Below are positions 27,105 through 39,500 of a stretch of 64,000 bases of DNA, in pieces; within the stretch, counting starts at the first letter, position 1, and every line of letters begins with the position of its first letter. The notes beneath the pieces are model-generated. The model saw only the letters and a list, made by a program, of their open reading frames with translations. It had not been told where the DNA came from and made no database searches. The DNA lies in assembly GCA_001949185.1 (NCBI GenBank), contig BDGG01000004.1:2381620-2445619 (forward strand), in the 5' to 3' direction. Source of the DNA: Ramazzottius varieornatus. Its lineage: Eukaryota > Animalia > Tardigrada. Both the position numbers and the translations under genes were made by a program.

Positions 27105-27655
27105 TACGCAGACTCTCCGAACTAGCAACATTCAGGCTGATCCGAAGCTTTCAAGATCACTCGGACAGCCGTCGCACCGACGTTTCAGCAGCAAAATCAG
27201 AGGAAGAAAACCTAGGACGAGGTCCGAACGAATGAGATGGAAACACCGAAATTCTGGGATGACTGATCAGCTGCTTGACTACAGTATGACATTACACCTC
27301 TTGAGTCTTGAGGTATTGGACTTGTTGACGTACTATTGATACATAATAATGGCGTTACATGACACGATGACTCCAAAGTTACAGAAGTGTTTTGGCTCGC
27401 CTCACGGACCCTGTCCCTCCTATTTACGGCGTATAGCTAAAGGTTCACTATAGATCTGTTCCGGGGCCGAAGAAACCTTGTACCACTGGTTGTCATGTAT
27501 CGCTGTGTAGTTGGGAATACAGACAACCGTTTCCGTTTGTCAGAATCGCTGCTCCACCAGGACTTCCAAAGTTGAGACCGAAAAGAGCCCCGGCGGCTCT
27601 TGCATTAGTTGGCTGCATAAACGACGATTCGACGACCAGGAAGTCTCTCGACCTA

Positions 27656-27865
27656 CCTATAGCCGGAATTTCTAACAGTGTTTATTATGTTCGAGGAAGT
27701 GGTACTAAGTTTGCCGGCGGTTAAAACTTTGTCCACATACGTCAATAGCAATTCGCCGGCACTTTTAACGTGTGACGAATGAATGACGTAAGTGGAGAAA
27801 GTTTTAACCGCGGGGAAAGTTAGGACCACATCCTCGTACAAACGCGATAAGAACTTCGTGTACGG
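27656..27865. mobile_element. MITE with long imperfect TIRs (CCGTA-type end, TA flanks) between MacroD 5' end and GPCR 3' end
   Basis: AGGAAGTGGTACTAAGTTTGCCGGCGGTTAAAACTTTGTCCACATACGTCA pairs with TGACGTAAGTGGAGAAAGTTTTAACCGCGGGGAAAGTTAGGACCACATCCT; ends TA|CCTAT ... TACGG|TA. Confidence 0.72.
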
Positions 27866-27981
27866 TATCGGATTACGTGACAAGAAGTAGCAACGTGGTT
27901 ATATCAACATTAACACAAAAAAGGACTGGTTCGAACTTGAGCTCTTGGATGAAAGGCAGGTTGAAAGCAAAGCGTGGTGGA

Positions 27982-29377
27982 CTAAGTATTTGAGTTCGGC
28001 AATCTGGATCTGTCTCCGTTTTGTTCTGGGTGCAAGGTGTGAGTAGTAATGGCGGGCGGGGGCTTTGAGGCAACAAAGTGCGCATCACGTACAGCCGATG
28101 GGCTCGGATTAAAGTTGTTCTGGAAAATGATGCTATTTTTTGCGCTCTGGAAGGTAACCGATGGGGGTCCAAAATGTCCTTCTCTGTCATGCACGCCACC
28201 AACCGGGAATACTCTTCGTTCCCGTCTGTCGTTGTAGGGACGTTTGCAACTCCAACGGCGCACAAGCCAAGAACAGACGCGGAAGTACGCTTCCCGGAAC
28301 TGCGGATTAATTAGCCCAAAAAAAACTGGATTAAGCGCATTCTGCGCATAGACAAGCCACATGAAGAAATAATTAGCCGACGACGCACGGTACCTCGTCG
28401 ACCAGAAGATCATTGGGAGGAAGAAACAAAGCAGGTACATTAGCGACGCGCTTGACAGCATCAGCAAAACTCGTGCTCGGTCTCGGAGGTTGATGGCACG
28501 TGGGCTGTTGACAGGTAGTCCCGCCAGACGCTGCGTCTTGAATATGAATATCAGTATCACGACGTAACATACGATGGTCGATAATGCCGGTAAGATGAAA
28601 TAGGCCGACGTAACAAGCCAAAAGATGCCCCGGTTTGTCAAACCGTCATTACAGGGCGCAGCCGCAAACCAGGGATATCCCAGCAGGAAATATGTGTCTT
28701 TTCCGAAGACCATATACTTCGTCATCCATGGAAATGCCGCCCCGAAGGCCGACAACAGCCATCCCGCCACAACTAGAACGGCACACAGAATCCAAGGAGC
28801 CAGTTTGTTGTAGAGACCCTCAAAGACCGTGGAGAGCAAGCGGTTGAAAGCGATGAGGCCGTAGAAGACGGAAGTCGATACGGAAAAGAGCAGCGTTAGG
28901 AAACAGAGGACTTCTCGGTGGTCGGGAAACCTTAGCCAGTCAGTGTACTCGTCATTCTGCAGCATCACTATTATACTTCCGAAAACCGTTATGAGAAGCA
29001 TCAGCAGTTGCGAGATGGAGAGGTTCACGATCATCACATTCAGCGGCCGGTGTAGTTCATCGTGGTAGTATACGCTAAGAAAGACGGCCAGGTGACCAAA
29101 CACTCTAGAAAATAATCGTATACATAAACATTATCGATCGGTAGGAAGAGCACAACACAGGTCGTGACGGCATTTCTGTTAGCATTGTTACAAAATCCAT
29201 TTTATGGGAAAAGGTCCTGTTTACTCACCCGACTAGGAGGCAGGGGATCATGAACCCACAAAAGACCGATGCGGAAGGAAATACGTTAAGACCCACTGAT
29301 TGGTCGCCATTGTTGGTGTAGTTCAAACAGAAGTCTACCTGTGATACATCCACCACTGTCAGATTGTTATCGCTCAT
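27982..29377 (-). CDS. Orphan rhodopsin-class (class A) GPCR, 2 coding exons (~29230-29377 and 27982-29104)
   Basis: N-terminus MSDNNLTVV with N-glycosylation sites and seven hydrophobic segments. RPLNVMIVNLSISQLL (TM2), IAFNRL (degenerate DRY), YFILP (TM5), CFFLP (TM6), NALNPVFFGLINPQFREAY (TM7/helix 8). Confidence 0.85.
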
Positions 29378-29942
29378 TTCCAGGAGACCTTACTGTTACT
29401 GCAAGTACATCTAAACTCCGTGTTAGTCCTAAAATCCACATCGGAGATTCAGATTTCCGAACTATAAGGTCGCTTTTGGAAAGATACAAAAAACTTTAGA
29501 GAAGCCTCAGAACCGAAAAAACCTACTCATGTGCTTATGGATCGAAGAGATGCTGTAGTGGGATACAAGAGAAGCTTTCAAGGAGCCAGGTACTCCATAG
29601 TCTATAAGGTAAGGTGAAAATCATTTCCAGCTTTGGTCGTCTCTGGTGTAGCTGGCTCCTTGATCGATAATTATCCGGTAGCGCACGGTTCTATAAATGA
29701 GTATCGATCTCTGATTCAATCAGGGACGGCGGAACCGCGACAGGTACAAGTCATTTCACCGTTGCACTTTCGAAAGTACCATCTCCACGTACGAGGAAAT
29801 CAAACGGGAACCACGTGTGTATAAAATCTTGAAACAAAAACAATTCGCATTCTCACGCTGCACACGAAAGAACAGGCACAAAACCGAACAAAAAAAATGA
29901 ATTTCAGTACCTGTTGGAATCAGCGGAAAGAGGGAGATCCGA

Positions 29943-32011
29943 CTAAAGGCTGCCTTCTTCGGAAGCCGGTAGCGATTCCTTCGGGAGTTCAGGCTCCGTT
30001 GCTTCTGTCTGGTTCTCCGGTTGCCGGTCACTGCTTCGACTTAATCGGTCCAGTTCAGCTGCAGCATCAACCCTTATGGCCGACGGCGAAGATGTGCGCG
30101 CACTGGTCGGAGGAGTGGGGGGACCTTTGTTGTTCTTGTTAAGAAGCGTGTTGAAAAAGCTGCTCAAAGCACTTTCGCTGGTACCACCAGTCCCAAGGCT
30201 ACCTCGAGGACCATCCTACAATAAACAACTGACCAAACACTCAGAAGAAAGGCTCTAAAGTCTGTTATCCCTAGCAAACTCAATTGGCTAAACAGACTTG
30301 CCTTCTTGGGAGAGCCTTGCGCGGGGGAGGACCTCACCGAAGAACCCGTTTTCACCGCTCCGGCCGGTGAATCAAGTCGAGAAGGTATTGGCTGTTGTAA
30401 CATCTGCTGGATTCTCTTCACAAAATCTTGATCGTCCTCCGCGTGCAGAGTTGGGCCTGCATTGTTTTGCTAGAAGAAAGATCAAACTATGCAGCGATCC
30501 GGCAAATATGCTATGGGTCACAGTTACAGATTACAGTACAAGCCTAGGTACCTTTAGCAGCGGTGGAGGAGCTGTAACCACAGCATCGTATGGTTGGGAA
30601 GCCTTAATGTCCCCTAGATTATCGTTCAGGATGCTGATCTTCTTTTCGTTGTCCCAGCCGATCGGTATGAACAGCGAGTCGCGGTCCAGCACAAAACCAT
30701 CTTCGTCGAACTTCAGCCCGTATAGGAGGTGGGCGGAATACTTGAGCAAAACCCGAATATTTTTGTTTTCTTTAGCCGACGTGAAAATGAGACCAGCACC
30801 ATCTGTAAAATATTGGGGTGGGTAAGTAAAATCGGAGTTGCTGTAGTGATGACAGCGACAGCATCGCAGGATTCGCAGCGTTATTTCTCGTGACTTACGT
30901 TTCAAGCACCATTCTCGAAGATGCATTTGTATGAAGTCGAACTTCTCTTCCTTGTAGTCGAAATCCTTCTCCAGCGTCAGCATATGATCTGCCTGTAGAA
31001 TCAAGAAGATTTGCCGACCGTCTTTCGCTTTTACGATTGACCATTCGCATACCTTTGACACAACGACGATTATAGGGACACCCAGGTTCATCGTCAAGGT
31101 GTTTTCCCCAAGTGGTAAATCCACTTCGCTTTCCGTTGCAGCCGAGGTCGTTTGAGCCAAAGAGGGATCAACGTATTCTTTGAAAGTCTTCTCAACTAAA
31201 ATACACGAATCCAGCAACGATATTATTTCTGATCGACGCTCAAGATATACTCACGTTTCTGCTGATAATTCTTCATCAGAACGGGATCCAGTCGCAGTTT
31301 GTCGAGCTCCTCGGTCAAAACAGTCGACCATTTTTCCAGACTCTGCACAATATTCCATGGCTTTGTCATGTTGATAAAAAGCCAGACCACCGTCTTGTCC
31401 AATGTCTTCTCGTTCAGGACCAGCGGCATCAACGACGAGGCGAAATATTCCTCTTCCAGAACCCATGCGTTGATCTGAGTTACATCTATCCACAACGACT
31501 CACGTTTCACATGACACATGGTACGCTTACGAAGTCGACTGGAAGAGTCCAACATGTAGGCGAAATTTACCTTCTCGTTCGTCGTCCTTGACTGGAATGC
31601 TGACATGCTCCAGACCAACTCCGGATGGGCTAACGCTCTCCTTTCCGATAAGGCGAGCGATGAGATCGGATTTTCCAGTCTCTCGATCGCCTGGAAGAAG
31701 CGTATGTATGCTTGAGCGAAGTTCAGAACGTATGTGCGATCAGTCCTGACGGACTCTTACCAAGAACGAGCACATTCTTTTCGGTGAGACGGTTTGACGT
31801 GCTGATGCGTACTTCGTTGAGGATGGCAGACCTGGAACCAACCCCAGGTTAATAAGTATGACAGCTCTTCTTTGGTGTTAGACGGAGCAATTACTGGAAC
31901 TGGATAGGACTGTACTCACCACTGATTGTCCGAATCCTTTCTGTTCGCATCCTTGACAAGATAGTCGCTAGAAGCACTGGAAGAAAGGTTCAGCACCGAA
32001 GCGGAGGCCAT
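29943..32011 (-). CDS. DYNC1LI: Cytoplasmic dynein 1 light intermediate chain
   Basis: WSAILNEV...NVLVLGDRETGKSDLIARL (G-like domain), NMTKPWNIVQSLEKW, LPLGENTLTMNLGVPIIVVVSK, FDFIQMHLREWCL, DSLFIPIGWDNEKKISIL, and C-terminal SESALSSFFNTLLNK helix. Confidence 0.93.
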
Positions 32012-32662
32012 CTTCAGTTCATGGAAGTTCCCGAGCTATGCCGGAGGTATCTTGTTGGACAACAAAGTATTGGATCGACGGGAGTTAGAGAGTTCGAAAA
32101 CTGGAGTCTGGGATATGGACCAGAATTCCGTTTGACCTAATGACCTTCGAACCACAACACTGCTCTGAGACTTCGATTGATTGGTCATTTTGATTTGAGT
32201 ACATGCTTTCCTGTGTAATGGTGTCATGTCATCCTGTTTTCCGGTCACATCACCGAAAAGTCTTGTCAAAGGGTCACCACAGGGCGTGGCAGCTAGAGCC
32301 ATCGTGGTCATCTCCATCGGAAGTCCATCCCACCTTCTCGGACTGTCGTAGATTTATCCACACCTGAGTCGAACTAAAAACCTACCAGCACTTTGAAACC
32401 AACTATGATGAGCTCTCCTTTTTCGATAGAAGTACTTTCTGAAACTCGAAAGGTGAATGAGGCAGGTCCACAGTCTTTACAATTTAATTTACACCACACA
32501 ATTTCCCGTCATCGTCCGTAGATCCGCATTGAAAAACGACAAACTCCGCGAGCTACATTATCACCGAATCCGATTCAAACGACTGCATCTCGACAATCAT
32601 TCATAACGAAAAATATCAAATAGAAAAAATCCGAGCCTGTAAGCCGAACGGCGAACACAAAG

Positions 32663-34082
32663 TTATTCCCATTTCTTGTAATCCATGCCATCCGGCGGCT
32701 TCACATCCGTCTTCTGTTTCCCAATATCCTCCCAGTTCGTGCTGAGTACCGTTCCGCTTGATTCATACTAGAGCGGGAATAGATCCAGATTGACATCGAG
32801 GTGAGATTGTTTTGACAGATTTGGTGAAGGGAGTGAAAGCCCCATGCTTACGAAAGATTTCATCATAGCTTTCTTGGTCTCCTCGGTCCCATTGGCATAG
32901 ATGCCTTGGAAGAGTTTCATCAGAGCGGCTTCGCCCTCCGGTTTCTCTTCTTTCTCCTCGATGGTCAGCTCGTGTTCGAGCTTATCCCACTTGTTGGATT
33001 TATTCAAGCTAGAGGCTGCAAATAAGTGCCAAAACTTAGTGACTTCCGGTGCCTTCAGTATTTTTTATTGCCTGGATGAGGCCTTCCGCATCTAGCAAGA
33101 AACCAGGTGAACCTGCAAGCTAACACTTCGGCAACCCCTGGCCACTCTGCCCTGGTCATAAACTTACACCTTCTACATACCTGTGCTGGTTTTTTCGACT
33201 CCTTCCAACTTGTCCCATCTCTGGCTTTCTGTTTTCTGCAGCTTCACTTCGACCTAGAATGAAAACCACGTATAACAGGAACTGCAAATACAGTGTACGA
33301 CAAAATAAGCTTTCAAAAATGGGTGTCAATGGAACCAGCTGGACACATCGAATGAAAATTTGCGCACTGGCTAAACACCGATTTTGATTCCTCGTCCGCA
33401 TTTAAGATACTCCGCCCATTTTTGAGAGCTTATTTTGTCGTGCACTTTAAGTGCATACGTGATGTTCACATAAGTCGAAATTCTCAGCGTACCTTTGTTC
33501 CAAACACCTTGCTATCAGCAGATCTTTGAACACTGTGGTGTAGTGGAATTTGAATACGGTATAGACATCTCTGAGAATCGAGTCCTCGGAAGCTCACCTG
33601 TACAGTACAGTACTGTATTCCCTCGATAGTTCTGCGAATCACGTGACTGTTCCGGTAAATATTACCCGGCGGGGAGAGAAAATATTCATGCATTCAATCA
33701 AAAACTGCTCCCCAATCAAGTGGAGTGACGGGCGACAACCAAACAAGCAGTGATATCACTGCGGGTGTAATATACTGGCCTTTTGACGTAGGTAGCAGAA
33801 CTATCGAGGGAATACAGTGTGTAATCTACAGTAATTATCGGAGTCGTTGGACTGCGAGTTGGGTGCGTACGTGCAGATGTAATGACCAACACGGGAACAC
33901 AAACAAGCTCTGGTTACCCGTTAGCGGATCCTTACCGACTCCCCGTCACAGTTTACTTGCAAGGATTCCTTCGCAATGCCCTTCACCATGAAGGTGACGA
34001 CAACTGCAGCGTCCGTCTGATACCATTCGTATCGTGGTGCTCGAACTTCTCCGGAGGATGCGGCGCTGTCTCCGTCGGACAT
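32663..34082 (-). CDS. SUGT1: SGT1 (Hsp90 co-chaperone) with CS and SGS domains only
   Basis: RYEWYQTDAAVVVTF (CS domain); [65 protein letters not shown]...PPDGMDYKKWE* (SGS domain). Confidence 0.93.
33291..33447. mobile_element. Tc1/mariner-like MITE in an SGT1 intron
   Basis: TA|CAGTGTACGACAAAATAAGCTTTCAAAAATGGGTG ... CGCCCATTTTTGAGAGCTTATTTTGTCGTGCACTT|TA; a CAGTG terminus with TA duplication is typical of Tc1. Confidence 0.8.
33613..33817. mobile_element. Tc2/pogo-like MITE in an SGT1 intron
   Basis: Perfect 23-bp TIR CTGTATTCCCTCGATAGTTCTGC / GCAGAACTATCGAGGGAATACAG; left flank TA, right flank TG. Confidence 0.82.
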
Positions 34083-34702
34083 CGTCTCTTGTAGAAGCGT
34101 AGCGAGTCTCCAAGCCACACGGACAATCGAGGATAAACCACTCTCCAAAGTCCAGAAGAGAAGAAGTGTTGTCCGCGCGTTTTTATATGCACGAATGATC
34201 TGGAAATCTTCCTTATCCTCGTCGTCAAGCGAAACTGCGGATGACAATCGTTGTAAATATTGACATAACAATATGACATCACATGCATGGCACCTGACCG
34301 TCGAACAGCTGTGCCGCCTGTGCGACATGCATCATGCATGAGCTGCTGAATAATTATGGCCTTGCACAAACTATTCTTAGTGGCCATCAAGTAATCAACC
34401 GTGAGTTCGGGCAGTATTCAAGCCAGTCAACGCCGAGCAAGGCCATGTTTATCAGCTCGTCAATACTTTCTTTTCATTTCCACGGCCAACTTTTCCCATG
34501 CATCCTACTAAGTATAAATCCCGATCCCGTTTTCACTCGGCACTTATGCAGTAATCATGATCTCATTATGGTTATCAGGAATCTGTTCATGTGGAAGCCA
34601 GCGGAAGGAGCTCTCGGTTGGCCTTTTGATACGCAAGTGAGGTCCTGCAGACTGCTGAATCCCTCATCTAACACGATATCGCCCCTTTTGTCATCGAAAC
34701 GG

Positions 34703-36274
34703 ATGCTATGCATCAGGTGTGGGTCTCTTCCACGTCTCTCCGTCGACAAGAAGCAGATACGGTAAGGCCTGGACGTCAATTATGTTTAAAAAGGCAATCA
34801 GTTCGGAAAGGCTCTGTCGAAGTACGTACGACGTCGAGGCGAAATGTGTCCCAATAAATACTTTTCATCAGTGTTATTTTAATCATCATAATAGGAAATC
34901 GATTTTTATAATTAAAGTCGTTTTAATTTGCGCGGGTTGGTGTTCGCTTGATGGATTGATCCATAATAGGAAATCGAATTTTAATTTTAATAATTGAAAT
35001 TCGTCAGCGATAATTGATTTTACTTGCAGTCAGCTGATTACGTAGACTTAACATCAGCACGTGACTTTTAATAATTTTTATTGCATAGTAAAATAACACT
35101 GCTTTTCATTGCAGTTCTCTTCACGGAGACTCTTCATCACCTACTGGTTGTACTCTCTACGAATCGCTCGGTATCCTCAGCAATGCATCCATGAAAGAGA
35201 TCAAATCGGCATTCATCAAGAAGTCAAAAGAGGTACGTGTTCGTAATGCTCACAGCCATCAGTTAGCTCGACATTGGGAAGGCAGTCTTCTAAACATCTC
35301 CCTGGTGTTCATCTTTTCTTTAGCTTCATCCGGATCGGAACCCTGGATCGAAGACAGCACATAGTGAGTTCACCCGAGTTAATGAGGTGAGGACTATTAA
35401 AGTAGTATTGAATTCACATTATTTGTCGTACTGTTTCTGTCAGTGTACCTGTGTGTGTCAAAATTCATTTCCCCGGAGAACCGCAGTAAGCTTTGTTATC
35501 ATCTGTCTTTCAGGCGTATCGCATTCTGCGGGTTCCGCATTTGAGAAGGGAGTACGACATGAAACTCCAGTCACAAGTGCCGCAAGAACCTGTCATAGGC
35601 GAAGAGTTCCGGCAGAGATCTACTTCCACCAGGTAATGCCGTTCCCCATCTGCTGCGAGTTAGAGCAAAAGATATCATGTACAATGAGAGGAGATTATGC
35701 GGGCGGATCGAACTCTCACATCGAATTTGGCATTAAGAGGATCTTTTTTCCCAGTCATGTGAACTACCGCTACAATCCTTACCGAGACAACGGTTTCGCA
35801 AGGTCTTCAGCTCGCCCTGCTCCTGGACACCCCAATTACTATGGGATAAGAAGTTGGAGGCGGGTCCGGAACCGTACGATATTCATATACTGTTTATGCG
35901 TTCTCCTGCTTGGAGTGGGTCTTCACTTCGGAGCGTATAGGTGGGCGACATACAGCTGGGTATTAGCGGACTAGTAATCTGCAATTGTTTTTTGCAGGAC
36001 TTCCACTTTTCTTACCAAAATCGACATGGACATGGTGCAACAGGTCAACATAGATCGATATAACAGAATTCGACAGCGGGCGCGGTATTTTTACATGTTC
36101 TCCAGCAAAATTGAGGTAATTCAGTAACTAATAATATGTTTTATATTTCGCTCTAGTGAAACGCTGACTAGCCCGGACGATCATCGTTATGTACAGAGCG
36201 TCATGGAGAGCTTGCGCGCTGACACGGAAGACCATGTGCGAAGACCAGTGTTCGACCTGCCCCAAGAAAAGTGA
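34703..36274 (+). CDS. DnaJ family protein, DNAJC4/DnaJ-60-like (J domain plus C-terminal TM segment)
   Basis: LYESLGILSNASMKEIKSAFIKKSKE/LHPDRNPG...FTRVNE/AYRILRVPHLRREYD J domain with HPD; NYYGIRSWRRVRNRTIFIYCLCVLLLGVGLHF TM segment; stop at FDLPQEK*. Confidence 0.85.
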
Positions 36275-36584
36275 TTTACAGACCTCGTGTCAGACATACA
36301 GTAAGTTTCACCGGGCTGGAGTGTGTTCGCGTACTGTATATTGTTTGATGTATGGAAGGCTTCACTGTGATACTCAGAGTTAGTTTCGTCGTTTTATCCG
36401 TTCTACTTTCTCGCGTTTTCAAAACTAAAGTCAGCAAAATGGGAACAACGGTAAAAAAGGATACGGTAATTATTAAAATTGGATACCGGTTGATTATGGG
36501 CAGTTTGAGCGCGCAAATTTGGAGTGACGTCAGATCTAGAACTTTTTTCTTTCTTTGGAATACATCTTCGTTGGCGGAAAGTTT

Positions 36585-39500
36585 CTAATCGGCCCGTAGG
36601 TAGGCTTCTAATGGATTTGGACCAGGGCGCCTTCCACCTGGCCGACGTTTCATAGCCACCCCTAAAATGAAAAAAGTTGCTTTAAGAGTTGCGAAAGTTA
36701 ATTCTAGAAATCCGGTTTTCCTTAGTGAGCCATCTGTTCTGTGGATAATTCAACATTTTCTTACCATCTCGGATCACCGTGGTGCAGGTTGTGAACTCTG
36801 CCATAGTGATCCTAAGGTCTTCGTCCGTGTCGCAGTACTTGAAGTAAGCTCTCCCACAGCTTGATAGATTCCCTTGACTGGCCATAAACAGCTTGAATGG
36901 CTTCCATTCTGACTTGTCGATCGACTGGAAATTTTTTAATTTATGCTTTCCACAATGCGCGAAAACCGTATAAACTATATGATCCATATTTATAATTCTT
37001 TTATGCTCACTTTATCACGATTGCCGTCGAGATTTTCAAATTTCCACTTGACGATGTCGGCATTTGGTGTCTGACCTTGCGCGAGTGAAACATTTGTTCT
37101 GTTATCTGGTACTAGTCCTTCCATTTCTGATTTCAAAGCCGCCATGACATCATTCAAAAACTTTTCCTTCCGCGGTGGAGGGCAACCTGTGAAACGAGTC
37201 ACTACGTATAATAAACCTCGTACATAGTATCAACGAGCAGTAGACTACAGACAACTGGAGGAACTGCGTACCGTGAAACACCTTGACGGCAGTTTGATTG
37301 CAGTTTGGCTGGGCATTGTGCGTTGAGGTCTCCGGAATGGGTTGACCGTTTGCGGGGTTCACGCACCAGCAGAATTCGGAATGGCATTGGACCTTGGCGT
37401 AGCTCCCTTTGTCACAGATGGGAATGTATATGGCTGTGATGGGTTCCTTTTTCTTCTGGTTGAGAGCTTTCGACCTTTCACTTTCGCAACTTGGGGGCTG
37501 TTCTAAAACTCAAATGTGTTTAGAGTGGAGGAACAATCCTGTTAGCACGGTACTGCAGCTTACTCTTCTTGTTGCGTCCGCGATTGCGCTTGGGAGCACC
37601 TGGCTTGGACTCTTGTAAACCGAACGAAGCGGGCGAGCCGTCCGCATATTGTATTTCCGAAGGTTCTGGTCTCAGGATTAAAGGGTACGAGTCGCCGGTG
37701 CCCAGTACCGAATGATGATGAGGTCGGCGGAGTACCATAGGTCGTGAGCGGTTTCTTGGTGGGGAATGCATTCTATTATCGAACAATGCGTGAGCAAGCT
37801 CTGTGGACATCGAGATGGAGTCGTTGTGTTTGGTGGACCCTTGAAGGGGCTTCTCACTGGATGAAATTCTTGGTCCTGTTGAACACACGCATATCAGATA
37901 AGACTAATGCCGGGAAGTACTATTGATACTATTCAGCGAATTTTGATACTATTCAGCGAAAAGGTTTTCGTGCTGCTGTGTTGTTCGACAAGGTATTATA
38001 CGTACCGGCACCGATGTGGAGACAAGCGATCCACTCTGGTCCAGATATTACGCCATTCTGGTCCGTGTCGCAGTATTTTATGAATGTTCGAGCACATGGC
38101 TTGGGCTGAAGTTGTTTCTTGGCCATTTTACGCAGGTCTGCAAGTTCCGATTTCTGCAGCTGGTGATCCTTGTTCACGTCGAACGTGTTGAATTTCCAGT
38201 TGACGATGTGTAAAAATGACGACGGTATGGATGGATCTGTGAACTTCAATGATCAAACTTCGCTGGGTAAAGACAACTATGCGCTTCCTAATTTTCACAG
38301 GCTACCGGCTTACCGTTCATGGGATTCACGATCCTTCCGTACTCGGAAGTAAAAATATGCAAGACCTTCTTGTTGAAAGACTCTCGATCTTTGAAACCAC
38401 AACCTAGAAACAACTTCACTGTTTGTAATTGATCGGTCGGGAGGGGGGATGAATCTTTGAAGACTAAAGTTGGCTAATGGATTCAAGAAAATATACTTCT
38501 GCGGGGTTTTTTCCCTCTGGGAAACCTTCGAGTTGGAATATTGCTGGATGACTCTGAAAGTTGTCGAATGGGTTAGACCGTTAGAGGCGTAAATCTTAGA
38601 TGCGAGTGAAGTGAAGGACGGGGTCCCACCATAGATGGCGCAGTCGGGTTTTTTGAATCGGACCGTAGAATCTGACACAGGTCTTCCCAGCTTTGTGACA
38701 CACCAGCAGTATCCAGAACTAGAGTGACATTGTGCAGAGACGTACGAGCCATCGGGGTTGCATTCTGGTACAAATATTCCGGGAGTTGGCTTTCGGGCCA
38801 TCTCTAGTGCGTTGAGACGTTCGGCTACGCACCGGGAAAGAACTGCAGTTCGGTAACAACATTAATGCGGTATGCCAGCCGAACACGAAGAATACGAGTA
38901 GTACAGTATGATCACGGTAATTGAAATAAAGCGGGGTTTTCACCTACGTTTGCATTCTCCCAAATGTTTTATCTGAATCGGTCGTTCACAGTTTGCGCGG
39001 GTTAGTTCGCATTCTGAAGTGTAGGTTCTGCCGTCACTCCCGCATACATAAGTGTTCGAGGTCGCTGAGCAGTTCACGTTACACGGGGATCGTTGTCCCT
39101 CTTCGGCGTGAGTCTGCAATGATTCATAAATTAGCACTACCGTTTTCTGTGAAAGACTCTCCTGATAGTTTTTGTTGGTCTCCCACTATTGTTGTAGTTC
39201 TCAAGAATAGTCAAGGATACTTTTTACGTGCTCTTCCGCTCTGATTGCTCAGCTGTGCTGCGAAGTGTGTTTGAACTAGCACAATTGGGAAGCTTATTCG
39301 CAAGTTTCAAGGAATACACTTCCCGAGAAATACGGCACACAACACCTTACGAAGTTTTCCGAGAGAGCTGTCGGCTTTACTTCTCCATCAACGAAGGTAA
39401 ATATGTATGCAGGTGAAAGTTTTATAGGCGCATCAACAGTTTTATGTTAGCTTCTATTTAGCATGATCACCGCCATAATTATAACAATAGGGATGCAAGG

